From Paraspadella gotoi (Eukaryota > Animalia > Chaetognatha): 64,000 bases of DNA. Both the position numbers and the translations under genes were made by a program. The stretch is from contig CM119270.1 in NCBI GenBank assembly GCA_051294375.1, positions 13,153,023-13,217,022 of the forward strand, given 5' to 3'. The notes under the pieces are model-generated. The model made no database searches and was not told the origin of the DNA. It saw only the letters and a program-made list of their open reading frames with translations. Positions 38,025-55,188 of the stretch are shown here, in pieces; the stretch's first letter is position 1, and each line of letters opens with the position of its first letter.

Positions 38025-38350
38025 GCATGTAAACTGCGTCCGAAACCGAAAATGATGATAAGCAACATCGGACGCGATGTAGGTCGCGACGTCGAACTCG
38101 ATATCGGACGCGATGTTGGAAGCGATGTCGGAAAGGACGTCGACCGCTTCTAATAAAAAGAGCGAAAATATTAAATATCGGAAAAAATTAAGTCGCTGGC
38201 TTTTCTCTCTCTCTCGTCGTCTATTTCCTCCCTCTCCTCGTCTTCCTCCTTCGTCTATTTCCTCCCTCTCGTCTTCCGCCGACGCAGATGTCGCCTATGT
38301 ACATCAAAAGAATGGCTTGTCACCTTGCCCTCCTATGTCTCATCGTTCTC

Positions 38351-38381
<31 letters not shown>

Positions 38382-38609
38382 ACGTCGTTGTAATCACCGT
38401 CGTTTTTGTCGTCTTTGTCACGTGAGTCGTCGGCGTTCTTCAAGGCGACCGCCATATTCCTGCCGACGTAATGACTCACCCATAACTACCGGAAACTTCC
38501 GTCCGGCCCAGAATCCGACGAAAGCGGCGGATTCGCCAAAGCGAGGCCGAACCCGACCGACGGAGGAACGGACCCACAGATTGTGAACAAAAGCAGAAAG
38601 AGAACAGTA

Positions 38610-38800
38610 AGAGAAAAGAAAGAGAAAAGAAAGAGGAAAGAAAGAGAAAAGAAAGAGGAAAGAAAGAGAAAAGAAAGAGTAAAGAAAGAGAAAAGAAAGA
38701 GAAAAGAAAGAGGAAAGAAAGAGAAAAGAAATAGGAAAGAAAGAGAAAAGAAAGAGGAAAGAAAGAGAAAAGAAAGAGGAAAGAAAGAGAAAAGAAAGAG
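38610..38800. repeat. Polypurine minisatellite (GAAAGAGAAAA/GAAAGAGGAAA units)
   Basis: Direct reading. Confidence 0.9.
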
Positions 38801-39547
38801 AGAAGGGCGAAGACAGCGATCAATGAAAATTCAGAACAGTTAAGCGAAGATGAGACGATCCCCAATTACCTTTTCTTTTGTGAGTTCGTTTCCTCGTCTC
38901 GTGGTTTTATCGTTTCGTTTTCCCGCCCTCGCCTCGTCCCATCTTCACTTCCCATTCGCTCTTAATCCTCTCCTATCTATATTAGCCCTAAATTTTTCCC
39001 ATCGCCCGTTCCCATTAGCTCCGATTTCTTTTAGTCTTTCTCATCGCTTTTTCCCATTCTTGATTTTTTCATACAACACATAGTCCACTCACATTGGTCT
39101 TTCCATCACGCTTCACTTTGACTATGATATTTCCTATCACCTATCCCATTATGGATTGATCCCATACCATTGCTCTGAGCCCTTAATTTTTTATTTTGCC
39201 TTAGCCTATCACCCATTGCTCCTAACCCTGAATTTTTTCCGTATTCGTTGCCCAAAGCCCAATCTTTCTTTTCTCATCTCCCGTTTAATGTTTCCCTTAG
39301 ACATCCGAATTTTGGGTTTGTCTTTTTTTTCCCCCATTGGCTCTTCCACATCCCTCGCTCTAAGCCCCTCCGGTCACGTAGGATATTTATAAAATTCCCG
39401 TAAATATCTTTATTTTCTGTTTCCCATAATTCATCCCATCGTCCTTCATTTTAAATTTCTTTTTTTTCCCACTTTCCCCCGAATTTTTTTTGGGCATCAT
39501 TTGCGTTTGTACCTATTTTGGGAACTGATCTGCAATCTATGGCTCAT

Positions 39548-40194
39548 TAAGGCGTAGTAAAATTTCTAAATTTACCTTTAATTAAAATTCTAAAAGTGAG
39601 GAATGAATAACATTGTATTAATGAACATTTATGTAATAAAAAAAATTATAATAAATTTTACAATTTATGCAGGAGGCCATATTTATACTAGTACTAAACC
39701 AATAAATGTTAAAATTTCAAAACAGTTTTTTTCTAAGATTTTTTTGCAGATTTGGATTCGTCATAAAAAGTTGATATAAAGAAATATAACTCTTTTTGAA
39801 AAATTCCTTCATTAAGTGGGTCAAAAATTAGAAAAAGCTATATTTTAAGCTGAAAATTTATTTTTTATATATTAAATATAGTTTTTTAAATTTTTAACCC
39901 ACTTATTGAAATAATTTTTAAAAATGATTTATATTTCTTTTATCAACTTTTGACGAAGAATACAAATCTGCAATCAAAATTTAGAAAAGCCTATTTGAAA
40001 TTTTTCGATTTTATAAGGATAGTACTATATATAATAATTATATTAATTAATTAATTAATTAATTAATTAATTATAGCCTACTGCGAAAATTAAAAAACAT
40101 AAAATTAATTTTTTTTACAAATTAATGTTCACTGATGGTATGTTGTTCATAATTGACTTTTAGAATTTTTGTATGTAACTTTCACTACGCCTTA
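39548..40194. mobile_element. 647-bp foldback (palindromic) non-autonomous DNA transposon with 9-bp TSD; hAT- or MULE-like
   Basis: Termini TAAGGCGTAGT / ACTACGCCTTA. Imperfect inverted arms of about 300 bp (e.g. TGCAGATTTG vs CAAATCTGCA, TAAGTGGGT vs ACCCACTTA). Flanking direct repeat ATGGCTCAT at 39539-39547 and 40195-40203. Confidence 0.92.
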
Positions 40195-40459
40195 ATGGCT
40201 CATCTCGAATCCCCACTTTCTCTTCTGCTAATCAGTGGAGGTGGTCGAGATAAAAAAGGGCGAAACAAAATGAGGTGAATCGATTTAATGAAATCAAAAA
40301 AGCGATTGAAAGCGAATTGGCTACTTAGTACAATGAGGAATTTATTTTAGTAAGGAGAGAGAGAGAAAAACAAACTTTATTTTACATTTTGTATTTAAAA
40401 ATCTTTCGCAATCATCGTTGCATTCCTATTTTCCCATTTTCACAATGACCTCGACTGGA

Positions 40460-40538
<79 letters not shown>

Positions 40539-40572
40539 TTAATATTATTATTATTATTATTATCATTATTAT
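40460..40572. repeat. (ATT)n microsatellite
   Basis: Direct reading. Confidence 0.98.
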
Positions 40573-40683
40573 TTTCCAATCTCATCGTCTTCCACTTTCC
40601 CATTCTCCTATCCTAACATGTAACATCCACTCCATTAGTTAGTATTAACCCAAGCTCCCACCTTCCTCTCTACTTCTCCCATC

Positions 40684-40918
40684 CTCCCACCTTCCCACCT
40701 CTCGGTCATAAATTCTCCCACCTTTTCATCTCATGGTCATAAATTCTCCCACCTTCCCATCTCACGGTCATAAATTCTCCCACCTTCCCATCTCACGGTC
40801 ATAAATTCTCCCACCTTCCCATCTCACGGTCATAAATTCTCCCACCTTCCCATCTCATGGTCATTAATTCTCCCACTTTCCCATCTCACGGTCATAAATT
40901 CTCCCACCTTCCCATCTC
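40684..40918. repeat. 31-bp minisatellite, about 7.6 copies
   Basis: Unit CTCCCACCTTCCCATCTCACGGTCATAAATT at 40684, 40715, 40746, 40777, 40808, 40839, 40870, 40901. Head-to-tail, no spacers. Confidence 0.97.
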
Positions 40919-41019
40919 CCATTCCTGTGTTGATTCTCGGCGATGGAACCGCGATGAGATCACCGATGGAATCTTCGCGGTGAGTGAATCATTTACAGCG
41001 GAAGGGAAATGAAGGATAC

Positions 41020-41162
41020 GGTCGTCGTCGTTGTCCTCGTCGTTGTCATCGTCGTCGTCGTCGTCGTTATTTATTCTTCTTCGTCGACGTTCTCATCGTC
41101 GTCGTCGTTCTCATCGTTGTCATGGTCGTCGTTGTCGTCGTTCTCATCGTCGTCGTCATTTT

Positions 41163-41194
<32 letters not shown>

Positions 41195-41208
41195 ATGTTT
41201 TGACGTCT

Positions 41209-41239
<31 letters not shown>

Positions 41240-41380
41240 TGTCATTTTGACTTTATAGTCCATGTCATTGTCGTCGTCTTCGTCGTTTTTCTTTTTTTTT
41301 CTCCTTTTTGTCTTCACTTTTCTCGTCTTCATCGTCGTCGATTTCATTGTGGTCCATTTAATTTCTTTGTCGTCGTCGTC
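41020..41380. repeat. Degenerate (CGT/TCG)n tract
   Basis: Direct reading; similar tracts at 15072-15105, 38350-38390, 49400-49430 and 63800-63860. Confidence 0.9.
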
Positions 41381-42426
41381 TTTGTTAAGCGCAGGTCTTG
41401 ATATATATATATATATATATACAAAAAATATACATACATACATCACGTACTAGACCAAAAAAAGCGAGCGCTCAAAAGCGGAAGCTTGATCGTAGAGATA
41501 AGATTCGCGGTCGACGAAAAAAAAAAATCCCCGCCTTTCATGATTTTTTATGAGGTACATCAACCGCACCATGAAGTCACCATGCATTAACCATAATGTC
41601 TCCACCAAGTCAACATTCAATCGCCCTCGAATCGCCTCTACGATGGAGTTGAGTGATGGAGTCGCTTTTTCTGTTTTGATGGAGTCACCAATTCGTTGAG
41701 TGATGGAGTCGCTTAACGTTTCTGTTTGTGTCTCTACAAATTCATATCTTGTTTTGCCTACATTAATTTTTTTTGGTTTTGTATTTTATGAAACTCTTGA
41801 TAAAATGATAGTAAATAAAAATGTGGGAGTCTTTCCGCCACAACTGAATACTTCCACGCCATCGGCAAAGACTCTCTCTATTCCAACTCGATGGTCACGA
41901 GTACAATCGCCATTCACGTTGAAGTGACCAATCCTCTCCGCCACGTTGTCTGCCATTCCATTTGCCCTGCCGCCTGCCACGCCGTTTGCCAACTTGTCCG
42001 CCGCTCCTGCCGCGTCCACGCTTTCAAATGAGGATCCGGCCACCCGATCCTAAACTCAATCAATTGCTTCCTCATTTTATTGCGATTTTGGGGTCAGAAT
42101 GCTTAATCTTCATCGACTGAGGCCAACGTGTAATCGTTTTTTGGGCACAGTGAACAGAAAAACGACACGTGGATAAATGTCATAGTGGATTTTGAAAAAA
42201 AAATCCTTTTCTTTTTTGTCAATGTCGAAGTTTCATTGGTTTCCTTCGATGTCATTTGTTGAGTCTCCTCCTGGAAAAAAGATTCTATTTCTTTTTCTTT
42301 GCATCATCCTCTTCCTCTTCCTCTTCTCCTCCGCCTCCTCCTCCTCCTCCTCCTCCCCGCGATGGCGTCCAAAACAAACCTGCGTTTTGGTGGGAAAAAA
42401 ATTCCAGAGAAAATTGGACAGGGACG

Positions 42427-45405
<2,979 letters not shown>

Positions 45406-45619
45406 ATATGTCATTGCTGAAAGTGGCCCTCGACTTAAATCAAATTCTCTAATTTACAAAGGAGAAATGATCATAAATTCATAATATTAGAGCCAAACTT
45501 TGTCAATGGGGTGGGTCAGAAGTTTGATTTGGGAACCTTCCGAAATGAAAAGGCTAGAAGCACTAGTAATTATTTTTTTAATATTTATTTATATTTAGAA
45601 AATGTAAGAATTTTTTAAA

Positions 45620-45837
45620 AATTTTATATTTTTCAATATTTTGATGATAAGTGGGTTAAAATCGGGAAAAACTTGAAAAAAATCATCCTCATCATCATCA
45701 TCCGAAAATTTTAACAGTTTTTGCTAATTTTATATTTTTCAATATTTTGATGATAAGTGGGTTAAAATCGGGAAAAACTTGAAAAAAATCATCCTCATCA
45801 TCATCATCCGAAAATTTTAACAGTTTTTGCTAATTTT
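45620..45837. repeat. Perfect tandem duplication of 106 bp
   Basis: Units start at 45620 and 45726, bounded by AATTTT microhomology. Confidence 0.95.
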
Positions 45838-46507
45838 CAGTAATAAAACATCAAAATTTAAAAAAAGTTGTAATTACATTATTTGCTTAACTTTTTGAGC
45901 TATTGAGCTTTTTGAGCTTTAGGAAAAACAAAAAAACAGCGCACCGTACGAGCTACGATTGCCAGCGGAGAACATTTTCTCCTCATTGGAAATCGAATGA
46001 ACCGTGTTTCGCTGTATCCCCGTTTCGTCTGCTTCAAGGGCAAATCCTCTTCCTGCAAGAAGAAACTTTTTCCTTTCGTCCTTTGGCAATCAGTTCCAAG
46101 GTGACGCGGCAATGATAGAGATGCGGGAAAAGGCATACGGAATGATGAAGATGCAAGCAGTCGTGATGCGAGCATATGGCATCCAGATTGTTAAATATGC
46201 TAGTAATCGTGTTGGGGGCAAATGGCATACGAAATGAAATTGAAGGAATGGATAACTTTTATATTGGTTGTAACAATTTCATAGATAAAAAGTAAGCGTA
46301 TTAGGTTAGGCAGTCGTGCAGGCTGCAGACGATGCAGCCAAGAATAAAGCTACAAGATAATGAAAATTTCTTTTTGCTAAATTAACGAGACAAAAGCAAA
46401 GAAAATGAACAATTTTACGAATGCTGCTCTACGCAAAAGAGAAGTAAATTCCCTCACACTGATAAATTGAACTTTCAAAATCGTTTATATAAGCACACTT
46501 GTCTGTA

Positions 46508-46666
46508 TGTAGTCGGGCATTGCCTAGGTTCACCCCGCCTATAAGCATGACTCATTCAGTTGTGACCCGGTGGCTCATTGAGTAAAGCCATCAGCTCATG
46601 ACCACTAGGTACCGGGTTCAATCCCAACCTTATAGGCGGAGTGAACCTAGGCAATGCCCGACTACA
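46508..46666 (+). mobile_element. 159-bp MITE with TGT..ACA ends, 38-bp TIRs and 4-bp TSD (Ginger-like), carrying a tRNA-like head
   Basis: TGTAGTCGGGCATTGCCTAGGTTCACCCCGCCTATAAG (46508-46545) vs CTTATAGGCGGAGTGAACCTAGGCAATGCCCGACTACA (46629-46666), 37/38 match. TGTA flanks both sides (46504-46507, 46667-46670). Confidence 0.9.
46564..46628 (+). promoter_or_regulatory. tRNA-derived Pol III internal promoter (A and B boxes) inside the MITE
   Basis: A-box-like TGGCTCATTGAG (46571-46582) and B box GGTTCAATCCC (46615-46625) at tRNA-like spacing. The cloverleaf is incomplete, so this is not a functional tRNA. Confidence 0.7.
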
Positions 46667-47448
46667 TGTAACTTAAGATTTTTCTATTCATAGAATATAT
46701 TCACATCACTTTCTTCCCAACACTCTCTCGCCCTTTTATTCTTTTTTTAATCAAAAATTTGAAAAAGGAAAAAATCTCCAGAATTTGCGTTCGAATTTTT
46801 TATTTCTTATTTATATTCGACAGAAAAAAATGTCTTTCATGTTTAGACGCCTTGATAGTATAATTACAACATCTCTGACTTTCTAAAGCACACCCAATTT
46901 CAACATCTCTGAATTCTACTTAGTCGTCAACTCTGTTCCAGTGGCCACGTCTGTGAGAGAGAATCGAAGGCGTTACGCATTCGCGCCGTGTTCTCACCGG
47001 CCCCACGTTTGGCATTCATATTTCTATCACCTCCTCTTTTTTTTTGTCGTCGTCTCCCGGCGCCAGCGTCTTTTTTTCTCTTGGTTTTCGTATTCATTTT
47101 TGAAAATTGCATTTTGCATTTTGATCTCTGGATTTCTATGGACTTTTTTTTCTCTCTCTCTCAGCGCGTGGAGTGGTTTTTGTTATTTTTTTTGTTTACG
47201 GCTTTTTCTTCCAGATGGCGTTTTTGGAGAGGAAGCAGAATCGGTGGGAAAAGAAAAAAAAAGGGGAAATTGGTTGAATTGAAAGGGTTGGAAAAAGTAG
47301 TATGGCTTCCAACTTTTTTGTGGATCGAAATGATTGAAAGTAAATAAAATGTTTAGGAAAGAAGAAAGCTTGCGCTCTATTCGGCATTGAAGTCAAGTTC
47401 TATTTTTTTATTCCGTTGTTTCCTTCTCTTGTCATCGTATGAAATGTA

Positions 47449-48156
47449 CAGGGTTTTGACTTTAAACTTGCCCCCTATAGGAAAAACTACTATTGATTTC
47501 TATACACTTTTGGCTTATGCTAGAAATTTGATTTTTTAGTTAATAATTCTTTTTAAATTAAGATGAATGCTTTATATGATTAATTACAGAAGTTACAGGC
47601 TTAATTTTTTATACTTTTTTACAATTTAATTTTGTTAAAAGAAAAGAAAAATCCTGATCACTATATAATATAATATTTTTATTTAATAAATGCTTAGATA
47701 GAGGGTCATAGGGCTGATATCTAGAATGAATTTTTATTATTACAAATGATAGTGTAGGTTGCAGTATTAATTTGCTTATGCTATAAATTTTTTATAATAA
47801 TTTTTACATTAATACTATGGTACTTAGAATAACTTCTGTTCTCCGATTTTTTTTGTTTCTGGAATCCATAAACAAAACTCACTTAATACCCTCACATAAA
47901 AAAACAAAAAAACCAAAAAAAAATAATGCGGGGGTTCTAATATTTATCTAATTGATTTTAAATCATTTCGGCGTTGATCAAACATGACTATTGGTTTTCA
48001 TTTGCTTCCCATACTAACTTTTTTGATATAGAAAAACTAAATAAAATTCTAAAAATAATAAAATCCTTAACAGTTCTTTTGATATAAACAAATTTTGCAA
48101 AACAATATCGCGGGTGGGAGGTTCAATTTGGGGGGAAGATTCAAGTCAGAACCCTG
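47449..48156. mobile_element. 708-bp Tc1/mariner-type MITE
   Basis: TA|CAGGGTTTTGACTTTAAACTTGCCCCC ... GGGGGGAAGATTCAAGTCAGAACCCTG|TA. 23/27 TIR match, TA TSD, AT-rich non-coding interior. Confidence 0.85.
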
Positions 48157-49400
48157 TACAACGTGTACAACGAAAAATAGAAAATAATTACTCCAATTCA
48201 AAAACCAAAAAATTTAACCAAATTCATTGTGCATAGCTTTCATATCTTAGTAAGACTACAGATTGCAATTTGTGATTTTCGTTCTTTGACTTTAATAGCT
48301 GTATTTGATCTTAAATACCCAATCATAGATTGTACTTATTACTTAAGCTTTTTAAAACGATCATCCCCGTTGTCAATAGAGAACTACTATATTCATTAAT
48401 TTAAATGGCAATTATACAAAATGTTAACGAATAAAGAAAAAAAGTTAAAAACTCCATTTTATTTTCTATTTTTTCTATCAGCGTTCGGGACTGTTTTTGT
48501 TTTCCCCTTATTTTCTTGTTTCTTCGCATATTTTCTTTTTAATCTTTTTGGGTTTTCGTCGACTGTTGTCCTTCCTTCAGCCTTCAGGAGCAACAAACTC
48601 CTTTCTTTTTATTTTTCTTCTTTATTTCTTCCCCTGTTTTTCCACCAATTTATTTTCATTATTCTTTCTTTGGTTCTTATCTCGTGTGTTTTCTTCTGTT
48701 TTTTTTTCAATATTCAATTGGACCACGACTTTAAATACTTATTTTAAATATTATGAGACTTAACTAGATGCCTATTTTATTTAATAAATAATTAAAAATG
48801 ATATATAATCAGTTAATCTCTTGCGCTACGCCTCTTTCTTCGCGAGTGATCATCTCCAACTTCGTGTATGAAAATTAGAAGAAAAAATGAATTTGGATGA
48901 AAAGGAAAAAAAGGGAGAAAATTGGAGTCAAAGGGAAAGAATAACTAAGGAAAGAAAGAAAGAAAAGGAGAAAGGAGAAAGGAGGAAAAAGAGAAATACA
49001 GCAGTAAATTATGAGTCAAAGGGAAAGAAAAAGTAAGGAAAGAAAGAAAGAAAAGGAGAAATAAAAGGAGAGGAGAAGGAAAAGAAAAGAAAAAAAGATA
49101 GTAAGAGAAAACAGATAAAAAAAACAGCGGAAATGGGAGGAAAATAAAGGAGAGGAAAAGAAATGAAACAGAGAAATAAAAAAAAATGAAAGAGGAAATA
49201 AAGAGAAAATGAAGAAGAAAATAGGAGAGAAAAAGGAGGAGTGAGAAAAAAGACGGGGGGGGGGGGTGGAAAAAGAAGAAAAAAAAATTAAGAGGTCGAT
49301 TCGAGTTGTTTTGGTCAGTGGATTCGACGCACCTGCTTCCGCGATGTTGCCCGTTGTCGTTGTTATCGTTGTCGTCGTTGTTGGCCTTCGAAAACTCTCA

Positions 49401-49431
<31 letters not shown>

Positions 49432-49565
49432 AAAACGTGTTAGTCAAGGTCATTACAGGCTTTAAATTCGGGCTCGTTCCTTTCTGTTGTTTTCATTGTA
49501 ATTTGAAGCAATTTGTAATAATGTTTATCGTTTCTCTCTCTCTGCTCGCTCTCTCTTCTCTTCAT

Positions 49566-49611
<46 letters not shown>

Positions 49612-50122
49612 CCCTCTTTCCTGTCACTGTCTCTTCCTTTCCTTCTTTTTTCTCTTCAACTTGCCACTCTTAATAATCAATACATAATACCTCGGTCTTC
49701 ATCTTTCCTCGTGAGACACAAATCCTCTTTTCCATCGCTTAATCCTCTCATTTAATCCTTTCATCTTATTTGCATGTATTTTCGTCTTCTGAATCGTCCC
49801 GTTCGCTTTTCCCTTCATTACTTTTATTCGTTTTAGTTATTTAATTTGGTTTTTTTTTATAATTCTAATAAAGAAAATACAAGGAAAAAACTAACAGAAG
49901 GCCAAACTGAGCGCAGAAAAATTGAAATAAAAATGTTCTTATCAATTAATTAATTCAGACAAAGGGCAATATGATATGATAAAAAATATGAAAAATAAGT
50001 GAAGTAAAAAAAATAGTAAATTAACCAAAGAAAGCACGACAAACACATTTTATTGAAATAAAGTGTTTGTAATTATATGTAAAACTTTGAAGACGAGTTT
50101 ATTTATAATTGGAAGTTGGCCT

Positions 50123-51069
50123 TCACTCTGCTGAGCCGATTTGGAAGGCAAAGAAAGCGGGATCGAATTCCACATACATCCTCGACTGATAATCTTAGTC
50201 GTTTTATTCCTTAACGAAATTTCCCCAACGAAATATATACAGACCGTACTTGGGTTGTTTTAAACCTAAAGAGCTCTATTTCGTAAAATCAATTTGTTTT
50301 TAAAATGTTTATTTCAAAAAACTATCCCAGCCCATAAACTAACTCGACGACCGGGAGAGAGACGACGCAGTTTTCAGCCTCCACCGGAAATTGAGGCGCG
50401 GGCGCAAAAAAAAACCGGAGAGAGAGAGAGAGGAACCAATTCTGATCTAATCTCCATATTCAAACGTCGAGAGCCACGCCTCCCCTGAGACGAGACTATT
50501 TAATCTTTTGACCCTCTTGGTTTCGTGATCTTTGGTGACCTTTCTTGTTTAGTCCGCCGTTCTCAGACTCCATGCTCTGTGATCTTTGGTGACCTTCGAC
50601 GTTTATTCACAAATTGTCAACTCCATGCTTTGTAAACTTTGATGACCTTCCGAGTTTAGTCGTCCGTTGTCAGACTCCATGCTCTGTAATCTTTGGCCAC
50701 CTTTCTTGGTTATTCGCCGATCGTAGACTCCATGCTTCCCAATCTTTTATTTCCAACTTTATCTTTTCGCAGATATCGAATTATATTTTATCCTTTCTGG
50801 GGGTTGGGGGGGCGGAGGGGAGGATACGTGTCTCCAAAAAAGTCGGAATAACGGCGGAGGCGGCGGCGCCGTTGGTTGAGGAGGAGGCAGCTGCGGCGGC
50901 AAGCGGGCGGTAGCGGGCCGCTGGTGCCGGTTTTCTGAGGCGGTTGATGGCGGGAGAAAAGGCAAAATTAACAGAAAGAGGCTTAAGGAACTGTTTCCCG
51001 GTCACCCGAGAGCCTTGACCAAAGGTGATGGGGACAAAAGAAAGAGAAGAGAGAGGAGAGGAGAGAGAG

Positions 51070-51101
<32 letters not shown>

Positions 51102-51951
51102 GAGAGAAGGGAGAGAGGAAGAAGAAGGAAGAGCGCAAAAATTTTCTTTTCCTTGGGAAAATTTCTGTCTAACCAAATTTTTCCATCGGAACTTTTTTTT
51201 TCCACATGCAAAGGCAAAAGTTTAGCTAATTGTTTCGTTTCTTGCCAAAAGAACGTTTTCTTCTTCTCTTTATCTCCTTTCCATGTTTTTCTCTCTTTCT
51301 CTCTCTCTCCTCTTTCTGCCTCTCCTCCCGTCCCAATTGAACAAAAACAAAATGTGGAGAGAACCGCTCCGATACGACATGGAACAGCTCTTAGATACCC
51401 GACCGCTCACTTGAAAATGAAAGAGGACTTTGACTGGGAATTTGAAGAAGAATTTCTGACAAGATGTAAAAATGGTCCAAAGGAAAGGATGGCCGGCGAT
51501 GACGACCAGACATAGTTTTCTCTATCCTGTAATCTTTTTTCAATGATTCGGACTAAACTTGTGGGAAGAGAACAAAGTTAAGAATTAACTGTTAGTTTTA
51601 AAATAGTTATGTAAAAAATATAAATCCCTGTCAAGATTTTTCCGGGCGAAATCAATTTTGACAATTATTGAATTAAATAAAAAAAATTTTCGTAATCCTT
51701 TTTTTAAAAACCTTATTTTCCCAAATAGTTAAGCCTTTTCCTAAAGAGGTTTTCATGGTTTAAACTCGTCCACAAGAGGGTAAACGCCGATTTTAAAGCC
51801 AAGGCGGCCATTTTGGATCTGGGCGCTTTGCTGACTGCTGAGGGAGTTGAATCGCTCGCGCAGATTCCCCGGATGATGAGAGTCTTCGGGGTAATACGGA
51901 AGAATTCCAGCTCAGAATATCCGAGAGAGAGAATTTCCTGCGAAGTTGACT
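50123..51951 (-). CDS. Candidate exons of unknown gene(s), duplicated in copy 2
   Basis: tttctag|51951-51753 includes the frame PYYPEDSHHPGNLRERFNSLSSQQSAQIQNGRLGFKIGVYPLVDEFKP*. ttacag|51526-51411|gtgagc. tttag|50265-50123 (LKQPKYGLYIFRWG...VEFDPAFFAFQIGSAE*), followed by AATAAA. Frames are ambiguous because of indels. Confidence 0.35.
50525..50740. repeat. ~54-bp diverged minisatellite, 4 copies (again at about 53211-53430)
   Basis: Unit ~GTGATCTTTGGTGACCTTTCTTGTTTAGTCCGCCGTTCTCAGACTCCATGCTCT. Confidence 0.9.
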
Positions 51952-52261
51952 CTAGAAATCTTACAATGTTTGCACTGTTTTCAGTCATAATTAAACTTTA
52001 TTTTTCGATATAATAAATTCGGAATTCGTTTTTTTTTATCGGCATACCTTGAAGTTTAAGTTAAATTTATTTACGTGTGACTTAATATACTTATAGGTAT
52101 ATCAACTTTTACTTTTTAAACGGACATTATAGACCAACAATGAAACGTCGCAAAACGTTTAAAGAGTGCGTGATAAGTGGGGGATTCAATTTACTCTGCT
52201 GTCAGTCCCACTCTTCTCTCTCTCTCTCTCTCTCTCNNNNNNNNNNNNNNNNNNNNNNNNN

Positions 52262-54937
<2,676 letters not shown>

Positions 54938-55096
54938 CTCTTGAGCAGGCCATTATCTTTCCCGCCTTCGTTTGTTTGTGTGTTTGTCTTTTTTTTGGGT
55001 GGTATTGTTTACTTTACAGATTTTTATTTCGGAGATAATTTTATTTTTGTAATGGTTTTTTCCTGCCTTTCTTTGTTTTCCCATCTTTCTCTTTTT

Positions 55097-55188
<92 letters not shown>

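Larger units (their letters stand above)
49570..52236 (+). repeat. ~2.65-kb tandem duplication, copy 1
   Basis: Collinear with 52262-54934 from CCCCTCTT..TCAACTTGCCACTCTTAA to GTCAGTCCCACTCTTCTCTC. The copies are joined by a 25-N gap within (CT)n. Confidence 0.97.

Noticed and set aside
40684-40918. 31-bp repeats (also 30-bp at 59101, 54-bp at 50525) as a CRISPR array
   Set aside because: Units are head-to-tail with no unique spacers, there are no cas genes, and the context is eukaryotic.
46095-46240. GPCR TM6-like peptide LAYLTIWMPY on the minus strand
   Set aside because: The segment is a degenerate ~44-bp tandem repeat with no splice signals or other TM motifs.
46564-46628. Functional tRNA gene (CAT in the anticodon-like position)
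   Set aside because: Acceptor and anticodon stems do not pair and the 3' end is replaced by a TIR; only the A/B boxes remain.
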